DNA from: Methanobrevibacter sp.
GTDB taxonomy: Archaea; Methanobacteriota; Methanobacteria; Methanobacteriales; Methanobacteriaceae
Direction: 5' to 3'
DNA length: 64,000 bases
Assembly (NCBI RefSeq): GCF_015062935.1
Contig: NZ_SUTM01000004.1
Location: 25,106-89,105, forward strand
The translations under genes were made by a program, and so were the position numbers. This document shows, in pieces, positions 10,328 to 19,113 of the stretch. How positions within the stretch are numbered: the first letter of the stretch is position 1; each line of letters begins with the position of its first letter. The notes under the pieces were generated by a model. It searched no databases and had not been told where the DNA came from. It saw nothing but the letters and a program-made list of their open reading frames with translations.

Positions 10328-12004
10328 ATGAATTTCAAAATAGCAGATAGTAAATTTAAGGAATTATTATTACCTACATTGCTTATCGTAATGGCTTTGA
10401 ACATAAGTTCAGTTGTCGACACGTTTTTTGTAGGTACATTCATAGGTGAAAATGCAGTTGCTGCAATTGATCTTTTGGAGCCTATGATTCTATTAGTAAC
10501 CGTTTTAGAATGGTTGTTTGGACTTGGTGGTCAAATTTTGGCGTTGAGTAAAAAATCAGAATTTGATATTGATGGAAGTAATCGTTTCTTTACAACATCA
10601 ATAGTTGTATCAGTTATTGCTTCACTTGTAATGGCATTGGTGTGTTTAATATTTCTTGATCAATTGGCTGTAGTTTTAGGTTCAAATGCTGCTACAAAAC
10701 CTCTTGTTATGCAATATTCCACATATCTGTACGGATGCTTCTTTGTATCTACAGTTGTAGGAATACTTGCTCAATATATCCGTGTGGACGGTCAGCCAAA
10801 CTTCGCATCAGTCGTAATTATAGTCGCAAATATAGTTAATATCATTTTTGATTATATTTTCTTATCTTCAGGCATGGGTATGGCATCCGCTTCACTTGCA
10901 TCATTTATAGGGTACAGCGTAGGAATCGTTATCTGTTTATTTTACATTCGCAATCCTAAAAGAACATTCAGATTTGTCAGATCTGCACTTGAAATTAAAA
11001 CCTTCATTAAAACCACTTGGGAAATGATTAAAGTGGGATTCCCTGGTGCAAGTATAGGTGCTTTTGATGTAGTGTTTGTTTATCTTTTAAACCTGTTTTT
11101 GGCTTCAACACTGGGAAATACTGGATTGACTACCTATATGGTATGTACTGATGCATTGGTTATTGCAAGTATTGTTGATGTTGGTGTTTCAGAGACATTG
11201 ACGTCAATTGTTCCGGTATACTATTCAAAGCATGATTATCTTAATTTAAACCACCTTGTAAAAAATTCACTTCTGATAAGCGGGTCATGTGCAATAATAT
11301 TGATGGGTGTCATGTGGGTATGGCCTCAAGGATTCCTGGCACTTTACAACTTTAATCATAGTGAAATAGCTGACTTTGTGATAAATGCGCTTAGATTATA
11401 TTCATTATTCTTTATAGTTTCAGTGCTTCCTAATTTACTGGTATTCTATTATGAAGCAATAGAAAGGCCGGTATTGTCATCAGCAATATCCATTCTTTAT
11501 ACTCTTGTAATGCCGTTTATTTCCATTGTAATATTATATAACTTGATTGGATCTAATGGAATATGGCTAGGATTTACTGTAGGAACTATAATTTCTATGG
11601 GAATTGCCCTTGTAGTTATTAAGCTAATTCAAAAAAGAGAGCCGCAATACAGCGGATTATTCTTCATTGAGCATGATTTGATACCTAAAACCCGAAATTT
11701 TGTCTTAACTGATAATGACTTGAATGCAAGAAAAGAATGTTTAAACCATTTGAAAGATTTAAATGCCGATGATAAGTTCTGTGATAACACAAATAAGATT
11801 TTTGATGTGATTTTCGATACAAATCCTCACGGCACCTATGTGGAAGTGTTAGTCATTGATTATGATGATAATATACATCTTGATGTTAAGTATGATGGGG
11901 AACATGAAAATCTTGAACATCTTAAACATAACTTCCCTGAGGGTCTTTTAAAATATGCAGAAGTTTTAGGATTCAACACTATTGAATATGTGATGAAAAA
12001 ATAG
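10328..12004 (+). CDS. MATE-family efflux transporter with a ~120-aa soluble C-terminal extension
   Basis: About 12 hydrophobic segments with MATE-like motifs (VDTFFVG, RVDGQPNFAS, NIVNIIFDYIF); 15 nt after the NRPS stop. Confidence 0.9.
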   Translation: MNFKIADSKFKELLLPTLLIVMALNISSVVDTFFVGTFIGENAVAAIDLLEPMILLVTVLEWLFGLGGQILALSKKSEFDIDGSNRFFTTSIVVSVIASLVMALVCLIFLDQLAVVLGSNAATKPLVMQYSTYLYGCFFVSTVVGILAQYIRVDGQPNFASVVIIVANIVNIIFDYIFLSSGMGMASASLASFIGYSVGIVICLFYIRNPKRTFRFVRSALEIKTFIKTTWEMIKVGFPGASIGAFDVVFVYLLNLFLASTLGNTGLTTYMVCTDALVIASIVDVGVSETLTSIVPVYYSKHDYLNLNHLVKNSLLISGSCAIILMGVMWVWPQGFLALYNFNHSEIADFVINALRLYSLFFIVSVLPNLLVFYYEAIERPVLSSAISILYTLVMPFISIVILYNLIGSNGIWLGFTVGTIISMGIALVVIKLIQKREPQYSGLFFIEHDLIPKTRNFVLTDNDLNARKECLNHLKDLNADDKFCDNTNKIFDVIFDTNPHGTYVEVLVIDYDDNIHLDVKYDGEHENLEHLKHNFPEGLLKYAEVLGFNTIEYVMKK

Positions 12005-12032
12005 ATATTCAAAGATATAAGGCGTTGTTAAT

Positions 12033-12905
12033 ATGGAATTCAAAAAATTGAATAATAATGAAAAAATGCCATTTATAAGTTATGGCGTTTATGAAATAAG
12101 TCCTAGAAAAACAAAAAAAGCTGTTATTAATGCTTTAAATGCAGGATATACTTCAATTGATAATGCGCAAATCTACTATAATGAAGAAAAAGTTGGTGAA
12201 GCAATTTCTGAATCAGGAATTCCCAGGGAAGAACTATTTTTGACCAGTAAAAACTGGGTAAGCAATTCAGGATATGAAAAAACAATGAAAGCCGTTAATA
12301 AAACATTAGATGATTTGCAAACGGATTATCTTGACTTGTTGCTTATTCATCAGCCATTTGGAGATTATTACGGGTCATACAGAGCATTTCAGGATTTGCA
12401 AAAAGAGGGAAAGGTATTGTCAATTGGTGTTTCAAATTTTGATTCTGTTCGTCTGGTTGACTTATGCATGAATTTTGACATAGTTCCTCAAGTCAATCAG
12501 GTTGAAACAACACCTTATTACCAGCAATATGAAGCTAACAAGATAATGAAGGAGTGGGATGTGACTCATCAGAGTTGGGGCCCTCTTTCCGAAGGGTTAG
12601 ATAATCTATTTGAAAATCCGATTCTTTTGGAAATAGCTGAAAAATATGACAAGAGCGCCGCACAGGTTATTTTAAGATGGTTGATTGACAGGGATATTCC
12701 TCTCTCATGCAGATCTGTTAAAACAGAAAGGATGGAAGAAAATATTGATGTTTTTGATTTCACTTTAAATAAAAAGGAAATCGAAAAAATTAAGGAATTG
12801 GACAGAGGCAAAAGTCCTTTCAATGATTATAATGACCCTGAAATTGCAGAGGAGTTTATTTCAGAAGTGATTTCTGATTCAAAATTCAGTTTTGATCTGT
12901 TTTAA
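12033..12905 (+). CDS. Aldo/keto reductase (2,5-diketo-gluconate reductase-like)
   Basis: IDNAQIYYNEEKVG, LFLTSK, LDLLLIHQP, SIGVSNF, PQVNQVE, AQVILRW and SVKTERMEEN motifs. Confidence 0.92.
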   Translation: MEFKKLNNNEKMPFISYGVYEISPRKTKKAVINALNAGYTSIDNAQIYYNEEKVGEAISESGIPREELFLTSKNWVSNSGYEKTMKAVNKTLDDLQTDYLDLLLIHQPFGDYYGSYRAFQDLQKEGKVLSIGVSNFDSVRLVDLCMNFDIVPQVNQVETTPYYQQYEANKIMKEWDVTHQSWGPLSEGLDNLFENPILLEIAEKYDKSAAQVILRWLIDRDIPLSCRSVKTERMEENIDVFDFTLNKKEIEKIKELDRGKSPFNDYNDPEIAEEFISEVISDSKFSFDLF

Positions 12906-12940
12906 TAATTTTAAAAATATTTTCTTGCAAACTCAAATTA

Positions 12941-12978
12941 AATTGTTGATTTTTATCAACATTTTACTTATTTTTTTA
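12941..12978 (+). terminator. Probable terminator of the NRPS-MATE-AKR transcript
   Basis: TGTTGAT-tttt-ATCAACA hairpin followed by T-rich tracts. Confidence 0.55.
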
Positions 12979-13200
12979 ATATATTATATTGTATGAAATA
13001 TTCCAACTAAAATTGAATTGATTGGATAATTTCACCTTTTCGGTGTTCTAAATGTGATTACTTTAAATATCATGTTAAATATACATAACAATAATATATA
13101 ATGTTCAATGTAATTCTTTAAAGATAATATATCTTTTATTTTGTATCTTCGATTTTCTATTCAATGAAAATTTAGTTTAGTGAATATTATTATAACATAA

Positions 13201-15096
13201 ATGAAATTAAGGAAATTAAATATGAAAATATATAAAGATTATAGGCGATTGGAAGATATTGATGAACTCCGTATTTATGATATTGACCAAAAAGAATTGT
13301 ATAATCCAACACCTCTTGAATTCAGCGTAGATGATGTTCCTTTTCCACAGCTGATAAGTAATATCCCAATGGATGTAAATATTTTAATACCTCACAATGA
13401 CGGAAATGATTTTATAATAAAATCTTTGGGAAGTTTTATACTGGGACATTTTAATCTTCAGTTGGATGATGTGAGAGGAAGGCTTTTAAGTAAAATTTCA
13501 CCTGTTTTCTATGAAATGTTTCATGAATATTTCAGAGAAGTCTATAAAACTCAAAAAACTAAAGTGGTTCATGTTTTTTATTATGGAAAACATAATTTAT
13601 CAAGAATTACTATTGTTAAAATCGTTTATGAACTGAACAGGTTATTTGTTTTTGCAGACCATATCAATAAAGATGCCAATGTTTCAGATGAATTTGATAA
13701 AATCAAGTATTCCGAAGATAAAGTGAGTATGATGGAATATTTCACTCAGACAGGAAGTTATCGTAGGGTTGATGGAAAATATACCTGGACACAAGGGATA
13801 TATAATATTATAAATCGTCCTAGGGAGGAACGTGATGAATATTATAATATTGTATTTGATTTAGCCATTCCTGAAGATAAGGATCTGATTGAAAAAATCT
13901 TAAATATCATGGATACCGATACAAGCCATCATGAGGATATTATAAGGATTAGAACTGAAGATGGAGTATTAAAATATCTTGAGATTAATCTTTATTCAAA
14001 TTTTGATGAAGAAGGTAATCTGATTAGTCGTTATGGATTATTTAATGATATAACTACCTATTCAAAACAATCATCTATAAAACCTGTCGATTTTCTATTG
14101 CAAGGATTTAAAAACAGTAAAAAATTGGCTTTGTTAATTGAACCGTTAAATTTTAAACATTTTGAATTTTCAGAAGGCTATTATTATTTCATTGACCAAG
14201 ATCCATCTGAGTATGTTCATTCCCTTGATTTAATTAACAATATTGTTGAGGATGAAACAAAAAAACAAATCATTCGATTGGTTGATGGAGAAATAAACAG
14301 AATTGATGAAACATTCAGATACAATGTTGGCGGTGATGAATCCAATCAGAAAATCTGTGAACTGTACATTGAACGATTTGAGTTCAGTAACAGTAATCAC
14401 AGTTTGGGTTTTCTAGCTGACATTACCGATGAAAAGAATAAACAACTGGAATTGCAAGATGCCAACGAGCATAAGGCCGTATTAATTAAAGAAGTTCATC
14501 ATAGAGTCAAAAACAATCTGCAAGTTCTCAACAGTTTCTTAAATCTTGAAAGAAGAGCATATAAAGATAAACCTGAAGTAATCATAGATCATATGCAGTC
14601 ACGTCTGACTTCACTTGCTTTATTGCATGAAAAAACATACAATACTCATGACTTTAAAAACATCAATCTTAATGATTTTATTCAGGATCAGGACAGTCAA
14701 ATTAGAAATTTGGTTGGCATGAAGAATGGTGTCGAATTTGAATCTGAAGTTGACAAAGATCTTAACCTGACAATTGAGGTTATTACTCCTTTATTGTTGA
14801 TTATCGATGAATTGAATATGAATGCCATAAAACATGCATTTCCGGATAAAACAGTTCCTGACAAAAAGATTATCAAAAAAATTGTTAAAATTGATGAAAA
14901 TACTGCCGAATTAACATTCAAGGATAATGGTGTAGGTATTGAAGACCCTAAAAAGATTAAAAAGAATTTAGGGTGCATAATAATTCAAAATCTTACTAAA
15001 CAGTTGGACGGCAAAATCCAATTGGTTGAGCATAAAAATGGAACTGAATATAAATTGGTTTTCCCTATTCATATGCAACATACAATACATGGATGA
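13201..15096 (+). CDS. Soluble sensor histidine kinase, HisKA_2/HWE type, with PAS-like input region
   Basis: H-box EVHHRVKNNLQ, N-box ELNMNAIKHAF, G1 box DNGVGI, QLDG tail; no transmembrane segment seen. Start may be the ATG at 13222. Confidence 0.9.
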   Translation: MKLRKLNMKIYKDYRRLEDIDELRIYDIDQKELYNPTPLEFSVDDVPFPQLISNIPMDVNILIPHNDGNDFIIKSLGSFILGHFNLQLDDVRGRLLSKISPVFYEMFHEYFREVYKTQKTKVVHVFYYGKHNLSRITIVKIVYELNRLFVFADHINKDANVSDEFDKIKYSEDKVSMMEYFTQTGSYRRVDGKYTWTQGIYNIINRPREERDEYYNIVFDLAIPEDKDLIEKILNIMDTDTSHHEDIIRIRTEDGVLKYLEINLYSNFDEEGNLISRYGLFNDITTYSKQSSIKPVDFLLQGFKNSKKLALLIEPLNFKHFEFSEGYYYFIDQDPSEYVHSLDLINNIVEDETKKQIIRLVDGEINRIDETFRYNVGGDESNQKICELYIERFEFSNSNHSLGFLADITDEKNKQLELQDANEHKAVLIKEVHHRVKNNLQVLNSFLNLERRAYKDKPEVIIDHMQSRLTSLALLHEKTYNTHDFKNINLNDFIQDQDSQIRNLVGMKNGVEFESEVDKDLNLTIEVITPLLLIIDELNMNAIKHAFPDKTVPDKKIIKKIVKIDENTAELTFKDNGVGIEDPKKIKKNLGCIIIQNLTKQLDGKIQLVEHKNGTEYKLVFPIHMQHTIHG

Positions 15097-15097
15097 T

Positions 15098-15472
15098 TTA
15101 GTCAAGTAACTGTTTTTTAAAGCCTTCTTTAGCTTTAACAGCAGTTTCTTTATTATATAAATCTTTATTGTTGTCTAGAGTATATTCAACCAAATAATAT
15201 ATTATTTTATTTAATGATTTTCCTTTCTCTGTTAGGAAATATTCAATATTTGCATCATCAACCACCTTTTTGATAAGGTCTTGTTCTTCCATGAATTTCA
15301 AACTTCTTGATAATGCTTTGTTGGACAGTTCAGGCCTTCCTTCTTTAAACTCACTAAAACGTGTTTTTCCAAAAAACATGTCGCAAATAATTTGCAAAAC
15401 CCATTTTCTATTTAAAATATCAAGGGATAATTCCACAGGACAGTGAGTAAGTTCAAAATCAAAGTATGTCAT
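15098..15472 (-). CDS. HxlR-family winged-helix transcriptional regulator
   Basis: CPVELSLDILNRKW...RFSEF...LSNKALSRSLKFMEEQDLI...EYFLTEKGKSL pattern; divergent from an AKR gene. Confidence 0.9.
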   Translation of the reverse strand: MTYFDFELTHCPVELSLDILNRKWVLQIICDMFFGKTRFSEFKEGRPELSNKALSRSLKFMEEQDLIKKVVDDANIEYFLTEKGKSLNKIIYYLVEYTLDNNKDLYNKETAVKAKEGFKKQLLD

Positions 15473-15566
15473 ATGCTTTAAACATTTTTATTTTGTTTTA
15501 TTTTTAATTTTTGGTGTCATAGCTGTCACTTTAATTTTTTATATTTTCTTTTAAAGATATAATTTC

Positions 15567-16508
15567 ATGACTTTAAAAGACAACCTTCCAAAAATTGCTC
15601 TTGGTGCATGGGCATGGGGTAATGATGGAACTTTCGGAAATGAGCATAAAGTTGACGATTTAAAACCAATTTATGATAAAGCAATGGAATTAGGTCTTAA
15701 TCTATGGGATACTGCTTATGTCTATGGAATGGGAACTTCAGAAGAGGTTTTAGGAGAATTTCTAAGGACATCAAATCGTGATGATTTTGTAATTTCAACA
15801 AAATTCACACCTCAGCTGGCTGAAATGTTTGAGGCAAATGAAGTAACTTCAATGTATGAAAACAGTGCAAAAATTTTAGGTGTGGACGATATTGATATAT
15901 TTTGGATTCACAATCCTGTTGGAGCACCTGAATGGACTAAAAAACTGGTGGAAACAGCTAAAGAGCATGATATTAAAATGATTGGTGTTTCAAACCATAA
16001 TCTTGCAGAAATCAAGGAAGCTAATGAAATCCTAAAAGAAGCTGGATTAAAGCTTGGTGCTGTACAAAACCATTACAGTTTACTTAACAGATCATCTGAA
16101 GACTCAGGAATTCTAGAATATTGTAAAGAGAATGATATTGTTTTCTTTGCATACATGGTTCTTGAACAAGGGGCATTATCAGGTAAATATGATACTGCTC
16201 ATCCATTCCCTGAAGGATCTGACAGAGCAAATGCATATGGAGACAGTTTAGCTGAAATTGAAGAGTTAAACAATGCATTGGCTGAAATCGCTGATGCTCA
16301 TGATGCAAAAATAGCTCAGCTTCCAATCGCTTGGGCAGTTGCAAAAGGAACTCTTCCAATTATTGGTGCAACAAAAGTTCATCACGTAGAAGATGCTGCT
16401 GAAGCGGTAAATATTGAATTAAGTGATGATGAGATTAAAACAATGGAAGAATTGGCTGATAAAGCTAATGTAAATGTTATAAGAGTCTGGGAAAAAGAAA
16501 TGAAATAA
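15567..16508 (+). CDS. Aldo/keto reductase (second subfamily)
   Basis: LGAWAWG, WDTAYVYGMGTSEEVLG, ISTKF, DIFWIHNP, IGVSNHN, VQNHYSLL, LPIIGATKVHH motifs. Confidence 0.92.
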   Translation: MTLKDNLPKIALGAWAWGNDGTFGNEHKVDDLKPIYDKAMELGLNLWDTAYVYGMGTSEEVLGEFLRTSNRDDFVISTKFTPQLAEMFEANEVTSMYENSAKILGVDDIDIFWIHNPVGAPEWTKKLVETAKEHDIKMIGVSNHNLAEIKEANEILKEAGLKLGAVQNHYSLLNRSSEDSGILEYCKENDIVFFAYMVLEQGALSGKYDTAHPFPEGSDRANAYGDSLAEIEELNNALAEIADAHDAKIAQLPIAWAVAKGTLPIIGATKVHHVEDAAEAVNIELSDDEIKTMEELADKANVNVIRVWEKEMK

Positions 16509-16558
16509 TTTCTTTTCCTTTAATTTTTTTAAAAATAAAATAAAATAAGAGAGCAGAA

Positions 16559-16801
16559 TTATTCTGCTGCAATTTCAGTCACAAAGGTCATATTTTCGAT
16601 AGTTTCACTTTCACCGGATTTGATGGTGTAAAGAGGAGAACCGAGTAAGATTAATCCGTTACAAACTTCTCTGATTTTGTTGTCGGTTACTTCTTGCATG
16701 TGGGTTCCTTCGTATGTGAAACCTGCGTCTCTGTCGCCTTCTAATGCGAATGAAATTACTTCGCCACTATTTTTATTAGTTGCTTTTACATTTACAATCA
16801 T
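16559..16801 (-). CDS. Small hypothetical protein (80 aa)
   Basis: ATG at 16801 preceded by a GGAGA RBS; many C-ending Phe/Tyr/Asn/Ile codons; T-rich terminator shared with the convergent AKR. Confidence 0.75.
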   Translation of the reverse strand: MIVNVKATNKNSGEVISFALEGDRDAGFTYEGTHMQEVTDNKIREVCNGLILLGSPLYTIKSGESETIENMTFVTEIAAE

Positions 16802-16858
16802 AATTAAATCTCCAATTAATTTGATAATTATATTTTTGTAAGTTAACATTTTTAAATA

Positions 16859-17614
16859 ATGCGGTTTAAACTTATCAACATGGAAATTCCACTATATTTT
16901 TATCAGGCTTATAGAGATTTGGACAGATTGTCGCCGGGTAGTGAAGATACAACGTTAAAGGCAATTGATAAGATTGACATTAACATTAACGATGAGCTAT
17001 ATGTACTTGATATTGCATGCGGTGTTGGCACATCAACAATACAACTTGCAAAATACTTTGAAAATGCTGAAATTGAAGCGTTTGACTTGTTTAAACATTA
17101 TATAGTATCATTGGATGAAAAAATAGCCGAAAATGCTCTTGAAGATAGGGTATTCAGCAGTGTTGGCGACATGAAAGATCCAGATTTTGCAAATGAGGAA
17201 TTTGATATTGTTTTCTGTGAAGCGTCTGTAGAAATAATGGGCTTTAAGAGAGCTTTGGATGAATGGCGGAGGTTACTGAAGCCTAACGGGTATATGGTAA
17301 TTTCTGATGTTTCATGGATTTCACGGCCTAGTGGAGAAAGTGTAAAATTCTGGAAAAATATCTATGATGAAGTTGACACTATTGAAAATAAGATTAAACA
17401 GATTGAAAGTGCAGGTTATGAGTTCATTGATTATGTAATTGTCCCGAAACGTGATTGGAACAATTATTATCAGAAATTAGAGAAAAATTTAAACTCTTTA
17501 AGCGGTGATAAATCTGCAAAGGACTTTGTAAAACAGCTGAAAAAGGAAATGGATTTCTATAGAAATCACAGTGACGATTACAGTTATGTATTTTATGTTA
17601 TGAAGAAGTGTTGA
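16859..17614 (+). CDS. Class I SAM-dependent methyltransferase
   Basis: Motif I VLDIACGVG, EAFDLF, GDMKD, FDIVFCE, LLKPNGYMVISD. Start may be the ATG at 16880. Confidence 0.9.
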   Translation: MRFKLINMEIPLYFYQAYRDLDRLSPGSEDTTLKAIDKIDININDELYVLDIACGVGTSTIQLAKYFENAEIEAFDLFKHYIVSLDEKIAENALEDRVFSSVGDMKDPDFANEEFDIVFCEASVEIMGFKRALDEWRRLLKPNGYMVISDVSWISRPSGESVKFWKNIYDEVDTIENKIKQIESAGYEFIDYVIVPKRDWNNYYQKLEKNLNSLSGDKSAKDFVKQLKKEMDFYRNHSDDYSYVFYVMKKC

Positions 17615-17616
17615 AT

Positions 17617-18657
17617 ATGGATTATGTAAAACTTGGAAACTCAAATTTAAATGTAAGTAGAATTTGTATGGGATGTATGGGATTCGGAGACCCTCAAAAT
17701 GGAATGCACACATGGACATTGCCTGAAAAGGAATCTCTTGAAATCATTAAAAAGGGAATGGATAATGGAATAAACTTTTTTGATACTGCCATAGGATATC
17801 AGAACGGAACTTCAGAACAGTATGTGGGTCGTGCGATAAGGGAATATGCTTCACGTGAAGATATAGTGCTTGCAACTAAGTTTCTTCCAAGAACAGAAGA
17901 GGAAATAAAAAACAATGTCTCAGGTCAGGAGCACATTCATAATTTTGTAGATAAAAGCCTTGAAAATTTAGGTCTCGACTACATAGACTTATATATTTAT
18001 CACATGTGGGACTACAATACTCCGTTGTATGATATTCTTGAAGGACTGACTGAGGTCATTGATGAAGGAAAAGTAAAATACATCGGTATTTCAAACTGTT
18101 TTGCATGGCAGCTTGCAAAGGCAAATGCCCTGGCTGAAGCTGAAGGTTTTCACAAATTCGTATCAATTCAGGGTCATTACAACCTGATTTTCAGAGAAGA
18201 GGAACGTGAAATGATTCCTCTTTGTGCAGCGGATAATATCGCAACAACACCTTACAGTTCACTTGCTTCCGGAAGACTTTCAAGACTTCCTGGTGAAGAT
18301 TCAAAAAGATTAAACGAAGACTTTTATGCCAAACTGAAATATCAGAATAGTGAATCACAGGATTTGGAAATCATTAAAAGGGTTGATGAACTGGCCAATA
18401 ATTATGATGTTTCAATGACTGAAGTTTCACTGGCATGGCTTTTGGAGAAGGTTACCTCTCCAATTGTAGGTGCAACCAAAGCTCACCATGTTGATGGAGC
18501 AGTCGGCGCAGTTGATTTAAAACTGACTTCTGATGACATCAGCTATCTTGAAGAGCCTTATGTAGCTCATGATCTTGTTGGTGTGATGGCGGATAATAAA
18601 ATCTCAGCCAGTGACAATGAAAAAGTCTGGCAGAAGCATACTAAAGATAAAATTTAA
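17617..18657 (+). CDS. Aldo/keto reductase (YajO/aryl-alcohol dehydrogenase-like, third subfamily)
   Basis: LGNSNLNVSRICMGCMGFG, FDTAIGYQNGTSE, VLATKF, IDLYIYHMWD, KVKYIGISN, QGHYNLIFREEERE. The ATG at 17617 lies 2 nt after the methyltransferase stop (the track starts at TTG 17608). Confidence 0.92.
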   Translation: MDYVKLGNSNLNVSRICMGCMGFGDPQNGMHTWTLPEKESLEIIKKGMDNGINFFDTAIGYQNGTSEQYVGRAIREYASREDIVLATKFLPRTEEEIKNNVSGQEHIHNFVDKSLENLGLDYIDLYIYHMWDYNTPLYDILEGLTEVIDEGKVKYIGISNCFAWQLAKANALAEAEGFHKFVSIQGHYNLIFREEEREMIPLCAADNIATTPYSSLASGRLSRLPGEDSKRLNEDFYAKLKYQNSESQDLEIIKRVDELANNYDVSMTEVSLAWLLEKVTSPIVGATKAHHVDGAVGAVDLKLTSDDISYLEEPYVAHDLVGVMADNKISASDNEKVWQKHTKDKI

Positions 18658-19070
18658 GAGTATCTCTTAAATTACAATTTTTTTTATTTATCTCAATTTA
18701 ATTAATTTAAAAGAATTTTTTCTTTTTAAATCAATTTAATATTCTAAAAACTTTTTATTTTAAATATCATGCGGAATAAATCTTTTATAGTAGGTTTTGA
18801 CCACTAAAATAAAAATACATAACAATTCAGAAGGGATAATCTTGAAAAAAGATACTCGTTTTTTAATTAAAATGACTATCGAATTAATTAGAATCATTTT
18901 AATGTTTTTTAAATGATTCGCAGAGTATAATTAGGTTGTTGAATGCAAAGAAAGAAGTTTTTAGCATTTTTTCTTTAGTGGGGTTCTCCTTACATTATAA
19001 AATAAGAAATATTATATATGATAAAATTAAAATAAGTATTCAAGAGATTATTCTCGATGAATTGTTTACA

Positions 19071-19104
19071 AATAAAGTTAAGATCTTTTGATTTTAACTT
19101 TATT
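19071..19104 (-). terminator. Hairpin terminator downstream of cobQ
   Basis: AATAAAGTTAA/TTAACTTTATT perfect 11-bp arms, extendable through GATC-tttt-GATT, 10 nt after the cobQ stop. Confidence 0.65.
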
Positions 19105-19113
19105 ATGTTTAAA

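Noticed and set aside
18899-18991. 22-codon minus-strand ORF (ATG 18967) with AAGGAG upstream; the 10-mer GGTTCTCCTT also occurs at 20776
   Set aside because: The SD-to-ATG spacing of about 18 nt is too long, and a single shared 10-mer is not enough to claim repeats flanking cobQ.
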